A stretch of DNA of 64,000 bases from an uncultured Chloroflexia bacterium (GTDB lineage Bacteria; Chloroflexota; Chloroflexia; QHBQ01; JADMIH01), in NCBI GenBank assembly GCA_963797095.1, contig CAWCNY010000003.1, forward strand, positions 960,001 through 1,024,000, in the 5' to 3' direction. A program made the translations under genes and the position numbers. The notes below the pieces were generated by a model. That model had not been told where the DNA came from. It ran no database searches and worked only from the letters and a program-made list of their open reading frames with translations. Of the stretch, positions 17,257-26,414 are shown in pieces. Numbering within the stretch: the first letter of the stretch is position 1; every line of letters begins with the position of its first letter.

Positions 17257-18297
17257 CTAGAAGTCGAAATTATCAATGTTGGTTGAGTCGAATACGGTGG
17301 GCTTGCCCAGCAGGACTGTGCCGTCCGATTCGATTGTATAGTCACCGAGTTTGCCGGCGGTGAACTTATCGCCGGGGTTGCCCTTGATCTTACCGGTGGC
17401 GATGGCATCGAGGGTGTAGATCGAGAGATAGCCGAGGTCGCCGGGGTTCCAGAGGGCGAAGGCCGGGGCCGCGCCGCTCTTGACGTAGGCGCGCATCTGG
17501 TTGGGAGTGCCAAGCCCGGTCACGATCACCTGGCCGATCTTGTTGCCGTCGGTAACGGCCTTGGCAGCCGCCGCAATACCGACGGTAGTGGGCGAGATGA
17601 TACCTTTGAGGTCAGGATAGGTGGTCATCAGGCCCTGGGCCTCGGTGTAGCTCTTCTCGTCCTGGTCGTCACCGTAGACGGTCGCCACCAGTTCCAGACC
17701 TGAGTATTCGGGCTTGGTCAATTCGTCCTTCATGAAGCCGATCCACTCGTTCTGGTTGGGGGCGGTAGAGGTGGCGCTAAGGATGGCGATCTTACCCTGG
17801 CCGTTGAGCAACTTGGACATAAGCTGGATCTGGCCCCTGCCTATGTCCTCGGATTTGGCCTGGTTGATGTGAACCGTGCGGCCACCTGCTGCGATTGCCG
17901 AGTCCCAGCTAACCACAGGAATCCCGGCGTCGATAGCCTGCTTGCCAACGGGCACCAGCGCGTCGGAGTCGTCAGCCGAGATCGCCAGCCCGCTCACGTT
18001 CTGCGAGATGAGGGAGTTGATAAGCTGGATCTGCTGGGTGGCATCCGCCGTGGATGGACCCTGGTAGGTAACTGTCACGCCAAGCTCCCCGGCGGCTTCC
18101 TGCGCGCCTTTGTTGGCTGTATCGAAGTAGGGGTTGCCCAGGTTCTTGGGCACCAGTACATAGGTCTTGCCGCTGCCGCTGCTCGTGCCTGTGGTGGGGG
18201 CAGCGACGGGGGTGGCTGTCGGTGAGCCGCTGTCGCAGGCGGCGAGCGCGATGCTTACGAGCATCATGAGCGCGAGAATTAGACTCTTCTTCCTCAT
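17257..18297 (-). CDS. rhaS: Rhamnose ABC transporter substrate-binding lipoprotein
   Basis: Signal peptide with lipobox LAAC from MRKKSL; PKNLGNPYF, TAPNQNEW, SPTTVGI, TGLGTP, LWNP. Confidence 0.88.
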   Translation of the reverse strand: MRKKSLILALMMLVSIALAACDSGSPTATPVAAPTTGTSSGSGKTYVLVPKNLGNPYFDTANKGAQEAAGELGVTVTYQGPSTADATQQIQLINSLISQNVSGLAISADDSDALVPVGKQAIDAGIPVVSWDSAIAAGGRTVHINQAKSEDIGRGQIQLMSKLLNGQGKIAILSATSTAPNQNEWIGFMKDELTKPEYSGLELVATVYGDDQDEKSYTEAQGLMTTYPDLKGIISPTTVGIAAAAKAVTDGNKIGQVIVTGLGTPNQMRAYVKSGAAPAFALWNPGDLGYLSIYTLDAIATGKIKGNPGDKFTAGKLGDYTIESDGTVLLGKPTVFDSTNIDNFDF

Positions 18298-18437
18298 CGG
18301 TATTTCCTCCTGTGGTCTGGACATCATAGATTTAGTGTCGTTAGTTTTGCCTTTATCACGCGGGTAACCGGGTAACATGTTTGCAATAGGCTTCCTCCTT
18401 ATTCCGGTGGTAAGAGTATTCAGTTAGGCACAGGTCG

Positions 18438-19499
18438 CTACTGGTTGAGAATCAGGGCGCGCGACCAGAAGAAGAAGAGTCCGAATATGACGAGCACGGC
18501 CAGGGCAAAGCCTGTGCGCACCACGGTATCTCTTCGTAACAGTAGCTTGAACTGTATCCTGCGGCTGATAGTTGGCAACAGGATAGAGAGGATGAGCAGG
18601 GAGCCTATGGCTATATCCTGCACCTGCCCCTGGATATTGAGCAGCCCCATACCGAAGCGGAGTATGCCGACGAGCAGGAGGGCCAGCACAGCGCCGATCA
18701 TGGTGCCGCTACCGCCGAAGATACTGATGCCGCCGAGCACCGTCACTGTAATAACCGTTAGCTCCAGGCCGGTGCCGATATCGGGGCGGGTGCTGCCGAA
18801 GCGGGCGGCGAGAATGAACCCGGCGATGGCTGCCATTACGCTTGAGAGGACGAATATGACGATCTTGATCCGCTCGACAGGCACACCGGAGTAGCGAGCG
18901 GCGGCCTCGTTATTGCCGATGGCGAAGAGATAGCGCCCGAAGGTGGTCTTGTGGAGCACCAACCCGAAGATAAGAGCAAGCACCACGAAGACAAGCAGCG
19001 AGAAGGGCACACGGGTGTCGAAAAGGGTGCCCTGGCCCAGGTAAGTGAACTCGGGAGGGTAGTCGCGGGCGGCCTGGTCGCCAAGGAGGACGTAGGCCAG
19101 CCCCCGGTAGAAGGAGAGGGTGCCGAGCGTCACGGCGAGGGATGGCAGCTTCAGGCGCGCCACCAGCACGCCGTTCACCAGGCCCGCTACCACGCTCACG
19201 AGGAGGGCAACCAGCACCGCCAGCCAGATATTCCAGCCACCCATATAGAGCCAGCCCATCAGGGAGGCGGAGAGGCCGAGCGTGGAGGCGACGGAGAGGT
19301 CGATGTTGCCCGTGACGATGATGTAGACCATCGGCAGCATCATGATCCCGATCTCCATGAAGTCGGAGACGGTGCGAAGCAAGTTGTTGCCGTTCAGGAA
19401 GAATGGCGACAGCGCGCTGTTGAGGATGCTCGCCGCGATAATGAGCAGCACCAGCAGCGATTCCCACCTGACGAATATGCGTTGCAACGTCCTGGTCAT
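18438..19499 (-). CDS. Sugar ABC transporter permease (RhaQ-like)
   Basis: IDLSVAS, TTFGRYLFAIGNNEAAARYSGV, VLGGISIFGGSG; multiple TM segments. Confidence 0.92.
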   Translation of the reverse strand: MTRTLQRIFVRWESLLVLLIIAASILNSALSPFFLNGNNLLRTVSDFMEIGIMMLPMVYIIVTGNIDLSVASTLGLSASLMGWLYMGGWNIWLAVLVALLVSVVAGLVNGVLVARLKLPSLAVTLGTLSFYRGLAYVLLGDQAARDYPPEFTYLGQGTLFDTRVPFSLLVFVVLALIFGLVLHKTTFGRYLFAIGNNEAAARYSGVPVERIKIVIFVLSSVMAAIAGFILAARFGSTRPDIGTGLELTVITVTVLGGISIFGGSGTMIGAVLALLLVGILRFGMGLLNIQGQVQDIAIGSLLILSILLPTISRRIQFKLLLRRDTVVRTGFALAVLVIFGLFFFWSRALILNQ

Positions 19500-19519
19500 G
19501 TTGTGCCATCCCTAACCAT

Positions 19520-19634
19520 TACTGCGTATTTCGTACTCCGTACTGCGTATTCACTCGTCACCTGTCACCTGTCACCTGTCACCTGTCACCTGTCACCTGT
19601 CACCTGTCACCTGTCACCTGTCACCTGTCACCTG
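19520..19634. repeat. Heptamer tandem repeat: perfect (TCACCTG)11 preceded by degenerate TACTGCG-type heptamers
   Basis: TCACCTG repeated 11 times at 19558-19634, the last unit overlapping the stop codon of the upstream permease. Confidence 0.95.
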
Positions 19635-20644
19635 CTTCTAGGCATCACTCTTTGCAGCCTGCGCAGGATCGCTGAGTCGGTTATCACAGCCAGCAAGATA
19701 AGAAGGCCCTGCACGGCCAGTTGCCAGAAGGGCGAGATATGGATCAGTGTGAGGGCGTTATTGATGATGCCCAGGAGGAACGCCCCCAGGCTTGCACCCA
19801 GCACGCTCCCACTGCCGCCGAAGATGTTGACCCCGCCCACAACCGGTGCGGCCACCGTCTGTAGTTCGAAGCCGAGGGCGGTGTTGGTCTGGGCGGCCTC
19901 GAAGCGCGAAGCCCACAGCACACCCGCCAGCCCGCATAACACCCCCGAAAGGAGGAACACCAGGAAAACAGTCTTCTGTATGGGGATGCCGGCGAAGCGC
20001 GCCGCGTCGGGATTGCTGCCAACGGCGTAGATGTCGCGGCCTGTACGTGTGAAGTTGAGAAAGAGGAAGACGGCGGCCGCCACCACTATCGCGAAGATGA
20101 TCAGGTTGGGCACGCCGAGCGGAGTGCCCTTGGCGATCTCTTTGAAGTCGGGGGGCATCTCGAAGGCGTTGATCCACTGGCCGTTGCTATAGAGGAAGAT
20201 CAGGCCGCGATAGACGCTGAGCGTGCCGAGGGTGGCGATGATGGGAGGCACCCCGCCGTAGGCGACGATCAGACCGTTGACGCTGCCGAGCACAGCCCCC
20301 ACCGCCATACCGAGTGGAACCGTGAGGAGGACAGGCATGCCGGGGAAAGCCACAGCCGTGAAGGAGACCATCATAGCGGTCAGCCCGATGCTTGAGCCAA
20401 CCGACAGGTCGATGCCACGTGTGATGATCACCATCATCTGAGCCAGCGCCACGATCACAAGGATCGAGATGTTGAGCAGAATGTCTTTCAGGTTGTCGAC
20501 CGTGAGGAAGGCAGGATTTCGCAGGCTCACTGCCAGGGCAAGCACAAGGATGAAGAGGATAATGCCGGCCTCGCGGAACCTGACAACGGCACGCATGAGG
20601 CGCTGTTGGGGACGGCTATCTGTTGGGGTGGCTTCTGCGATCAT
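19628..20644 (-). CDS. Sugar ABC transporter permease (RhaP-like)
   Basis: GIDLSVGS, TRTGRDIYAVGSNPDAARFAGI, GFELQTVAA.VVGGV.IFGGSG. Confidence 0.92.
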   Translation of the reverse strand: MIAEATPTDSRPQQRLMRAVVRFREAGIILFILVLALAVSLRNPAFLTVDNLKDILLNISILVIVALAQMMVIITRGIDLSVGSSIGLTAMMVSFTAVAFPGMPVLLTVPLGMAVGAVLGSVNGLIVAYGGVPPIIATLGTLSVYRGLIFLYSNGQWINAFEMPPDFKEIAKGTPLGVPNLIIFAIVVAAAVFLFLNFTRTGRDIYAVGSNPDAARFAGIPIQKTVFLVFLLSGVLCGLAGVLWASRFEAAQTNTALGFELQTVAAPVVGGVNIFGGSGSVLGASLGAFLLGIINNALTLIHISPFWQLAVQGLLILLAVITDSAILRRLQRVMPRSR

Positions 20645-20656
20645 CGTGCTCCCTGG

Positions 20657-22192
20657 TCAGGCCACTGTAGCCGCCGACATCAGCTTTTCCTGGGTGGCCA
20701 CTGCCCGGCTGAACTCACCTGTCAAGCGCCCCTCGCGCATCACCAGGATGCGGTCGCTCATGCCGAGCACTTCGGGCAGTTCGGAAGAGATCATCAGAAT
20801 GGCAAGTCCCTGCGCGGCTAGATTGCTCATCAAGGCGTGAACCGCCGCCTTGGTGCCCACGTCGATGCCGCGGGTTGGCTCGTCGAGGATGAGGATACGA
20901 GGGTTGGTGCCGAGCCACTTGGCGAGCACCACCTTTTGCTGGTTGCCTCCCGAAAGCTCGCCCGCCTTCTGCTCGACGCTCGCCATCTTGACCGAGAGAG
21001 TTTGCGAGCCTTCGCTGGCCGACTGCTTCTCGCGGTTCCGATCTATCCAACCCCTTATCGAGAACTTCGACAGCACGGGAAGGGTGATATTGTCGGCTAT
21101 GCTCATTTTGAGGACGAGGCCGTGCTCTTTGCGGTCCTCCGGCACATAGCCGATGCCGAGAGCCATGGCACTGTCGGGTCCGGTGATCGTTACGGGCTTA
21201 CCATTGACCTTGATCGTGCCCTCGGTGGCAGGCTCGGTGCCGAAGATGGCCCGCGCCACATTGGTGCGGCCCGCCCCGATCAGGCCGGACATGCCAACTA
21301 TCTCACCCCGGCGAAGCTGGAACGACACCCCGGAAAAGACCCCTTCGCGTCCAAGACCATCAACCTGGAGCACTACCTCACCAGGCTCTGCCGCCTGCTT
21401 GGGGAATAGCTCGCCGAGGGCGCGGCCCACCATCATGCGGATCAACTCTTCGGTGGTGATGCCCGACATTTCGCGGGTGGCGACATAGTTGCCGTCGCGC
21501 AGGACCGTCACGCGGTCGGCCAGGGCGAATAGCTCTTCCAGACGGTGGGAGATGAAGACCACGGCGGTGCCGGTCTCACGAAGCTGGCGCACGATGGTGA
21601 ACAGTTCCTCGACCTCGCCCAGAGTGAGGGAGGAGGTAGGCTCGTCCATGATCAGCACTTTGGCGTTGATGGAGAGGGCGCGAGCGATCTCGACCACTTG
21701 CTGCTGGGCCACGCTCAACTCGCGGGCTTTGGTGCGAGGATCTATAGGGAGGCCCAGGCGATGCAAGAGGTCGCCTGCCTCCTTGTACATACGCTTCCAG
21801 TCGATGCCCCATCTGCTTGTGGGTTGGCGGCCCACCATGATGTTCTCGGCCACGTCAAGGTCGGGGAAGAGGCTTGGCTCCTGGTAGATGGCGGCGATGC
21901 CCTCCTCTTGCGCTTCGCGGGTATTGGCGAAGGAGACGGGATGCCCGTCCAGTGCTATTTCGCCCGTATCGGGTTGGTGCACGCCGGTCATGATCTTGAT
22001 GAGGGTGGATTTGCCCGCGCCGTTTTCGCCAAGCAGGGCGTGAACTTCGCCCGCGTATACGTCGAAATGGACGTCCTGCAAAGCATGGACGCCACCGAAA
22101 GATTTCGAAACGTGCTGAACCTGGATGACAGGTCTTTTATCGCTCATCACTGAACTCATACTCAGCCGCAACACCGCTGATTTTTGATGCAA
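20657..22192 (-). CDS. Sugar ABC transporter ATP-binding protein (RhaT-like, two NBDs)
   Basis: GENGAGKST, LSVAQQQ, MDEPT, PEDRK, LSGGNQQK, LDEPTRGID; true start may be ATG at 22159 or 22147. Confidence 0.95.
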   Translation of the reverse strand: MHQKSAVLRLSMSSVMSDKRPVIQVQHVSKSFGGVHALQDVHFDVYAGEVHALLGENGAGKSTLIKIMTGVHQPDTGEIALDGHPVSFANTREAQEEGIAAIYQEPSLFPDLDVAENIMVGRQPTSRWGIDWKRMYKEAGDLLHRLGLPIDPRTKARELSVAQQQVVEIARALSINAKVLIMDEPTSSLTLGEVEELFTIVRQLRETGTAVVFISHRLEELFALADRVTVLRDGNYVATREMSGITTEELIRMMVGRALGELFPKQAAEPGEVVLQVDGLGREGVFSGVSFQLRRGEIVGMSGLIGAGRTNVARAIFGTEPATEGTIKVNGKPVTITGPDSAMALGIGYVPEDRKEHGLVLKMSIADNITLPVLSKFSIRGWIDRNREKQSASEGSQTLSVKMASVEQKAGELSGGNQQKVVLAKWLGTNPRILILDEPTRGIDVGTKAAVHALMSNLAAQGLAILMISSELPEVLGMSDRILVMREGRLTGEFSRAVATQEKLMSAATVA

Positions 22193-22260
22193 TCCTGGCC
22201 GCTATGCCGCTCGATAGGCCCGCTGTCCAGGGTGGGACGCACATAGCCTTTGAGCGAGTT

Positions 22261-22345
22261 TCGAAAGTAAGTACTTTCGATTGCGTTATCATAGCACCGT
22301 CTGTTTAGAAAGTCAATAGTTTTGAAAGTCTTTTTTTACGAATTT
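22261..22345. promoter_or_regulatory. Putative DeoR-type (RhaR) operator array in the divergent promoter
   Basis: Perfect palindrome TCGAAAGTA-AG-TACTTTCGA (22261-22280) plus degenerate GAAAGTC copies at ~22308 and ~22324. Confidence 0.65.
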
Positions 22346-22439
22346 CTTTTGAAGTATTGTCCAACGTTGCCATTTCTGCTATGATGAGATCGGCCCGCCA
22401 TTGTGATGATCCATCGAAAATGGATAGAGGAGGGAGATT

Positions 22440-23222
22440 ATGGCCCAGGTAGATCAAGCGCTGTCGCCTGAGCGAAGGCGAGAGCAGATCCTGACGTACT
22501 TAACCAGCCACGAGCGCACGTCGGTGGTAGATCTGAGCCAGGTGCTCGGTGTGTCGGAGGTAACGGTGCGCAAAGACCTGGACCTCCTTGAGGAGCAGGG
22601 CCTTTTGACCCGCGTGCGCGGCGGTGCGGTCGTTTCGGGGCGGGGGAGGTTGGAGAGGTATTTCGCCACGCGTGAGCAGGAGCACCTTGAGGAAAAGCGC
22701 AGGATCGCCCAGGCCGCAGCCTCTCTTATTCAGTCTGGGCAGCAGGTTTTCCTGGACGCCAGCACCACGGCCTTGCAGGTAGCGCGGCTGATCAAGGACC
22801 GCGACGACCTGATCGTGGTCACGAACGGTTTGTATACGGCCCTTGAGTTGAACTTTTGCACGGGCATTACGACCATTGTGGTGGGTGGGACGATGCGCCA
22901 CCGCTCAAGCTCGCTGGTGGGCAGCTTCAACCACAACGCTCTCCAGCGTTTGCGGGTGGACCTGGGGTTCTTCAGCGCGCGTGGCGTGAGCGCTCGCGAC
23001 GGGCTGATGGAGTCGGATATGGAGGAAGCGCAGCTAAAGCAGCAGATGGTGAGTGGATCGAGTGTAGTAGTGGGTATTGTGGATTCGAGCAAGTTTGGGA
23101 CGACCGCCTTCAACGTCTTTGCGATTCCACAGGAGATCGATCGCGTTATCACCGACGAAAACGCGCCAACGGAGATTGTTGATCGGTTGCGCGCGCAAGG
23201 GATTCACGTCGATCTTGTGTGA
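22440..23222 (+). CDS. DeoR/GlpR-family transcriptional regulator (RhaR-like)
   Basis: ERRREQIL...GVSEVTVRKDL...RVRGGA HTH; FLDASTT, VVTN, DSSKFG; divergent from the rha operon. Confidence 0.93.
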   Translation: MAQVDQALSPERRREQILTYLTSHERTSVVDLSQVLGVSEVTVRKDLDLLEEQGLLTRVRGGAVVSGRGRLERYFATREQEHLEEKRRIAQAAASLIQSGQQVFLDASTTALQVARLIKDRDDLIVVTNGLYTALELNFCTGITTIVVGGTMRHRSSSLVGSFNHNALQRLRVDLGFFSARGVSARDGLMESDMEEAQLKQQMVSGSSVVVGIVDSSKFGTTAFNVFAIPQEIDRVITDENAPTEIVDRLRAQGIHVDLV

Positions 23223-23361
23223 GTTATGCCGGTGGCGGCGTTGGCTATAAGTACACCTTTCCAATGTCGTCAACTATGACGATTGCAGGAGGTTAAGAGT
23301 TGGGAGTCAGGGAAAGTGGTTGGGTTACCTCGCCCGGATGGCACGGCAAGTACTCTCACTT

Positions 23362-24558
23362 CTACTTTTTTGATGAGAGGGATGGTGTATCAAGAATGTC
23401 TACCCCGCTAATGAATACATCGTCCGGAGATGGGTTTGTCGAGCTAATTTTATCGGCCTTGTCGTGAAGCTTCTTCTCCAGATCAACACGTGTAACTTTA
23501 CCGAATGGATGGGCATAAAACGGTCCGCCTTCGCCTTTTGCGCCCACTTTGGTGGTGTTCTCACTCTGGTACGCTGTGCCCGCAGCCTTCGGAACGGTCC
23601 ATGTGACGACGCTCCCAAAAGGAGCATTAATAACCAGCTTATCGATGTTTGCCGAAGTCACCTTGATGTTAGCGTTAAGGGTTACCATACCATCCTTCCA
23701 ATCAAAGCGGCTCATATCTGCGTGTGGCTCATTGCGTTCGTAGCGCCTTTTAGAGTTCACTCCTGAGGACCTGTGGGGCTTCACGTAAAACGAGCCAACG
23801 GGTACCTGCTTGTCGAAATCTTCTGGCCCTTTCACTCTTAGCAGAGCATAGAGTTGCGGGAATTGAACCGCTTCGGCACAATCCAGGGACCACTTATTTG
23901 GCTCATCGAACCACGCCTGGATAGCATCGGAGGGCTTCTTCCCCGATTTCAGGTGGAGCATCCACACGAATTCTAAATCCGCTTTCTTCTCCCAGTAGGC
24001 GCGGTCATATTTGCCTGTTACCTCAGGACGGCCAAAATCAATAGATTGGAGCTTGGAAAGGGCGCTCAGCAGCGCATCATGATAGACTTTTCCATGATAG
24101 TCTTGAGGCGAAGCCGCTGGTGGGGGCGGGATAGGCTTCGAATAGCCTCCCGGAGCAGGTGCGGCTGCCAATCCTCCCGATGCCGAGCCCTTCGCGAGAG
24201 TGTCTCGCTGCACGTTAGCTCTGACCCTGCCTGAGTGCTCCGTTTCCGCCGCGAGGCTCTCCTGAAAATCGGGTTTGCCATTAGGCACATGAGGACTGTC
24301 TGCACTCTGGGCGTGTTGGAGGAATCGCTGGGTAGCTCGATTACCATAGCTCTGTTGCAGATCCTGCACCAAGTTCACCAACACCGGTTCGTTGCCGCGC
24401 CCGTGCAGCGCGTGACGGCTTATGAGAAAGGACGCCTGGACAGGCGCGTCTGCATGCGCGGCTGGACCGATGAAGTCCCCTTCCATTGAGTGTTCGCTTG
24501 GTAGTTCACGCAAGCTTCTTGTATGCTCGTCATTTTCGCGCAGGTGTTCGCCCGGCAT
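23362..24558 (-). CDS. Putative eCIS-type cargo protein with C-terminal Tgl-like transglutaminase domain
   Basis: N-terminal LQQSYGNRATQRFLQ and VQR motifs; C-terminal YW...PSDAI...DCAEA...YALL...G..FD...YQSEN...FYAH.FG pattern recalling Bacillus Tgl; more AT-rich than neighbours. Confidence 0.55.
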   Translation of the reverse strand: MPGEHLRENDEHTRSLRELPSEHSMEGDFIGPAAHADAPVQASFLISRHALHGRGNEPVLVNLVQDLQQSYGNRATQRFLQHAQSADSPHVPNGKPDFQESLAAETEHSGRVRANVQRDTLAKGSASGGLAAAPAPGGYSKPIPPPPAASPQDYHGKVYHDALLSALSKLQSIDFGRPEVTGKYDRAYWEKKADLEFVWMLHLKSGKKPSDAIQAWFDEPNKWSLDCAEAVQFPQLYALLRVKGPEDFDKQVPVGSFYVKPHRSSGVNSKRRYERNEPHADMSRFDWKDGMVTLNANIKVTSANIDKLVINAPFGSVVTWTVPKAAGTAYQSENTTKVGAKGEGGPFYAHPFGKVTRVDLEKKLHDKADKISSTNPSPDDVFISGVDILDTPSLSSKK

Positions 24559-25050
24559 TTCAGGTCCGTCCTTTCAAAACCGGCCATTGAATTCGGAATG
24601 TGGGATGCGAATGAATGAGGCATTATTCCGCATTCCGCATTCCATTGGCGAGCCGGATAGTGAGGAGTGTAATCAGGAGAAATGGGCCAGGTGGAGCAGA
24701 ATCAACATATCTCAGGGGTTATGGGACCACAGTACGATCTTGATATATCGCATTCTACAATAAATGACAGGGGAGCGGGAGAGGTGTAGAGGTTTAGAGG
24801 TTCCAACGGCCTACAAGGTCTGTCTCCCGAGCCCTGTCTGTTCCCGCTCTTGATGATATAATGATGTACTGCGTCTTACCTCGTGTGGGCCTTATGTGTG
24901 CGTTTGGTCCTATGTTAGCAGCAGACTATGACCATACACGTTTACGCCTTGGATCGTCGGGAGCTAACTCCTCGGGGGGCGTAGACCCATTCCTGTTCGT
25001 CCATACCCTGAAATAGCGGTCGTCGACCTGACGGTGAAAGGAGAGACGAG

Positions 25051-26190
25051 ATGAACAAGGTGACAGCGCCAGGAGGAATTGCCATCCCGGTAGTGGGAGA
25101 TGGGAGCGGTATCGAGCGGGGCACACAGATCCATCCGGAGGAGCTGCAACTGGCCCTGCGCAACAAAGCTATGCCACTGGAGGCGCTCCGCTACGATGTG
25201 ACGCCCACCGGTATGCACTACACGCTAGTGCACTACGATATCCCTTTCGTGGACGGGGAACGGTGGCAGCTACAACTGGCCGGGCGCTTGCGCAAGCCAA
25301 TTTCGCTGTCGTTGCAGGAGTTGCAGCGGCGACCCGTGCGCGCTTTGCGGGTGACGCTGGAATGCGCGGGTGACGGTCGCGCCTTGCTGCAACCTCGCCC
25401 GATCAGCCAGCCCTGGTTGACCGGAGGGGTGGGAACCGCCGAGTGGACGGGCACACCGCTCAGACCTCTGCTGGCGGAGGCTGGTGTCGAGGACGATGTT
25501 CAAGAGATAGTGTTCACCGGACTGGATCATGGGATCGAGGGAGGTGTTGAGCAGGACTACCAACGAAGCCTGCCCGTTGAGTTAGCTTTGCATGAAGACA
25601 CTCTGCTTGCCTGGGCGATGAACGGCGCTCCTCTCGAACCGCAGCACGGCTATCCATTGCGCCTGATCATACCCGGTTGGTACGGGATGGCACACGTGAA
25701 GTGGCTGCGCTCGATCGAAGCTATCGACCACAACTTCGAGGGATACCAGCAGGCAGTGGCGTACCGCTACAGCCAAACTCGAAGCGAGCCGGGCGAGCCT
25801 GTTACGCTGATGCGAGTGCGCTCGCTGATGATCCCGCCCGGCGTGCCCGATTTTTTGACGCGCACGCGGGTGGTGCAAAGGGGCAAGGTGGAGCTAGAGG
25901 GGCGGGCGTGGTCGGGCGCAGGGGGGATCACGGCTGTGGAAGTGAGCGTGGATGGGGGCAAGAGATGGGCGGAGGTGGAGGTGGAAGAGGCTGACTTGGG
26001 GCTGCCAGGACGCGGTGACTACGCCTGGCGGCATTGGACCTACAGTTGGGAAGCCTCTGTCGCGGGTGAGTACGAGCTTTGCTGCCGGGCTTACGACAGC
26101 GCGGGCAACGTTCAGCCTGTTGAGCAGCAGTGGACGGCTCGCGGCATGGGGAACAACATGGCGCAAAGGGTCTCGGTTTCGGTCGTGTGA
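25051..26190 (+). CDS. Sulfite oxidase family molybdopterin oxidoreductase
   Basis: TP...HY.IP, TLECAGDGR, AEWTGTPL, MNGAPL...HGYPLRLIIPGWYGMAHVKWL, GRAWSG, VEVSVDGG; RBS AAGGAG. Confidence 0.92.
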   Translation: MNKVTAPGGIAIPVVGDGSGIERGTQIHPEELQLALRNKAMPLEALRYDVTPTGMHYTLVHYDIPFVDGERWQLQLAGRLRKPISLSLQELQRRPVRALRVTLECAGDGRALLQPRPISQPWLTGGVGTAEWTGTPLRPLLAEAGVEDDVQEIVFTGLDHGIEGGVEQDYQRSLPVELALHEDTLLAWAMNGAPLEPQHGYPLRLIIPGWYGMAHVKWLRSIEAIDHNFEGYQQAVAYRYSQTRSEPGEPVTLMRVRSLMIPPGVPDFLTRTRVVQRGKVELEGRAWSGAGGITAVEVSVDGGKRWAEVEVEEADLGLPGRGDYAWRHWTYSWEASVAGEYELCCRAYDSAGNVQPVEQQWTARGMGNNMAQRVSVSVV

Positions 26191-26414
26191 ACGATCTGAT
26201 TCGGAGAACGCCTTCCTAGAAACAACACTCGACACCTGTCTCTAATGCCGAGGGAGATAGCTATTCTTGCCCTCATTAACTTAAAGGCGTTGGTGGGGGG
26301 AAAACGGGACAGGTTTTGAGGTGTACTTTGGTATAGTCTTTTTGGTGCGGAATGGGGTTGGGAATGGGGTTGGTAAGGGATTGGGCGAGGCACTTCCTTG
26401 AAGGGTTGACGGCC

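Noticed and set aside
24880-25045. Riboswitch (c-di-AMP or Moco) or 40-aa leader ORF upstream of the sulfite oxidase gene
   Set aside because: Only a GCTAACTCC fragment resembles the c-di-AMP motif; other conserved elements were not found and the short ORF has no RBS. An Rfam scan would settle it
25051-26190. Functional link between the sulfite-oxidase-family gene and the Hdr/TusA cluster
   Set aside because: About 17 kb apart with unrelated genes between; no shared regulatory motif seen
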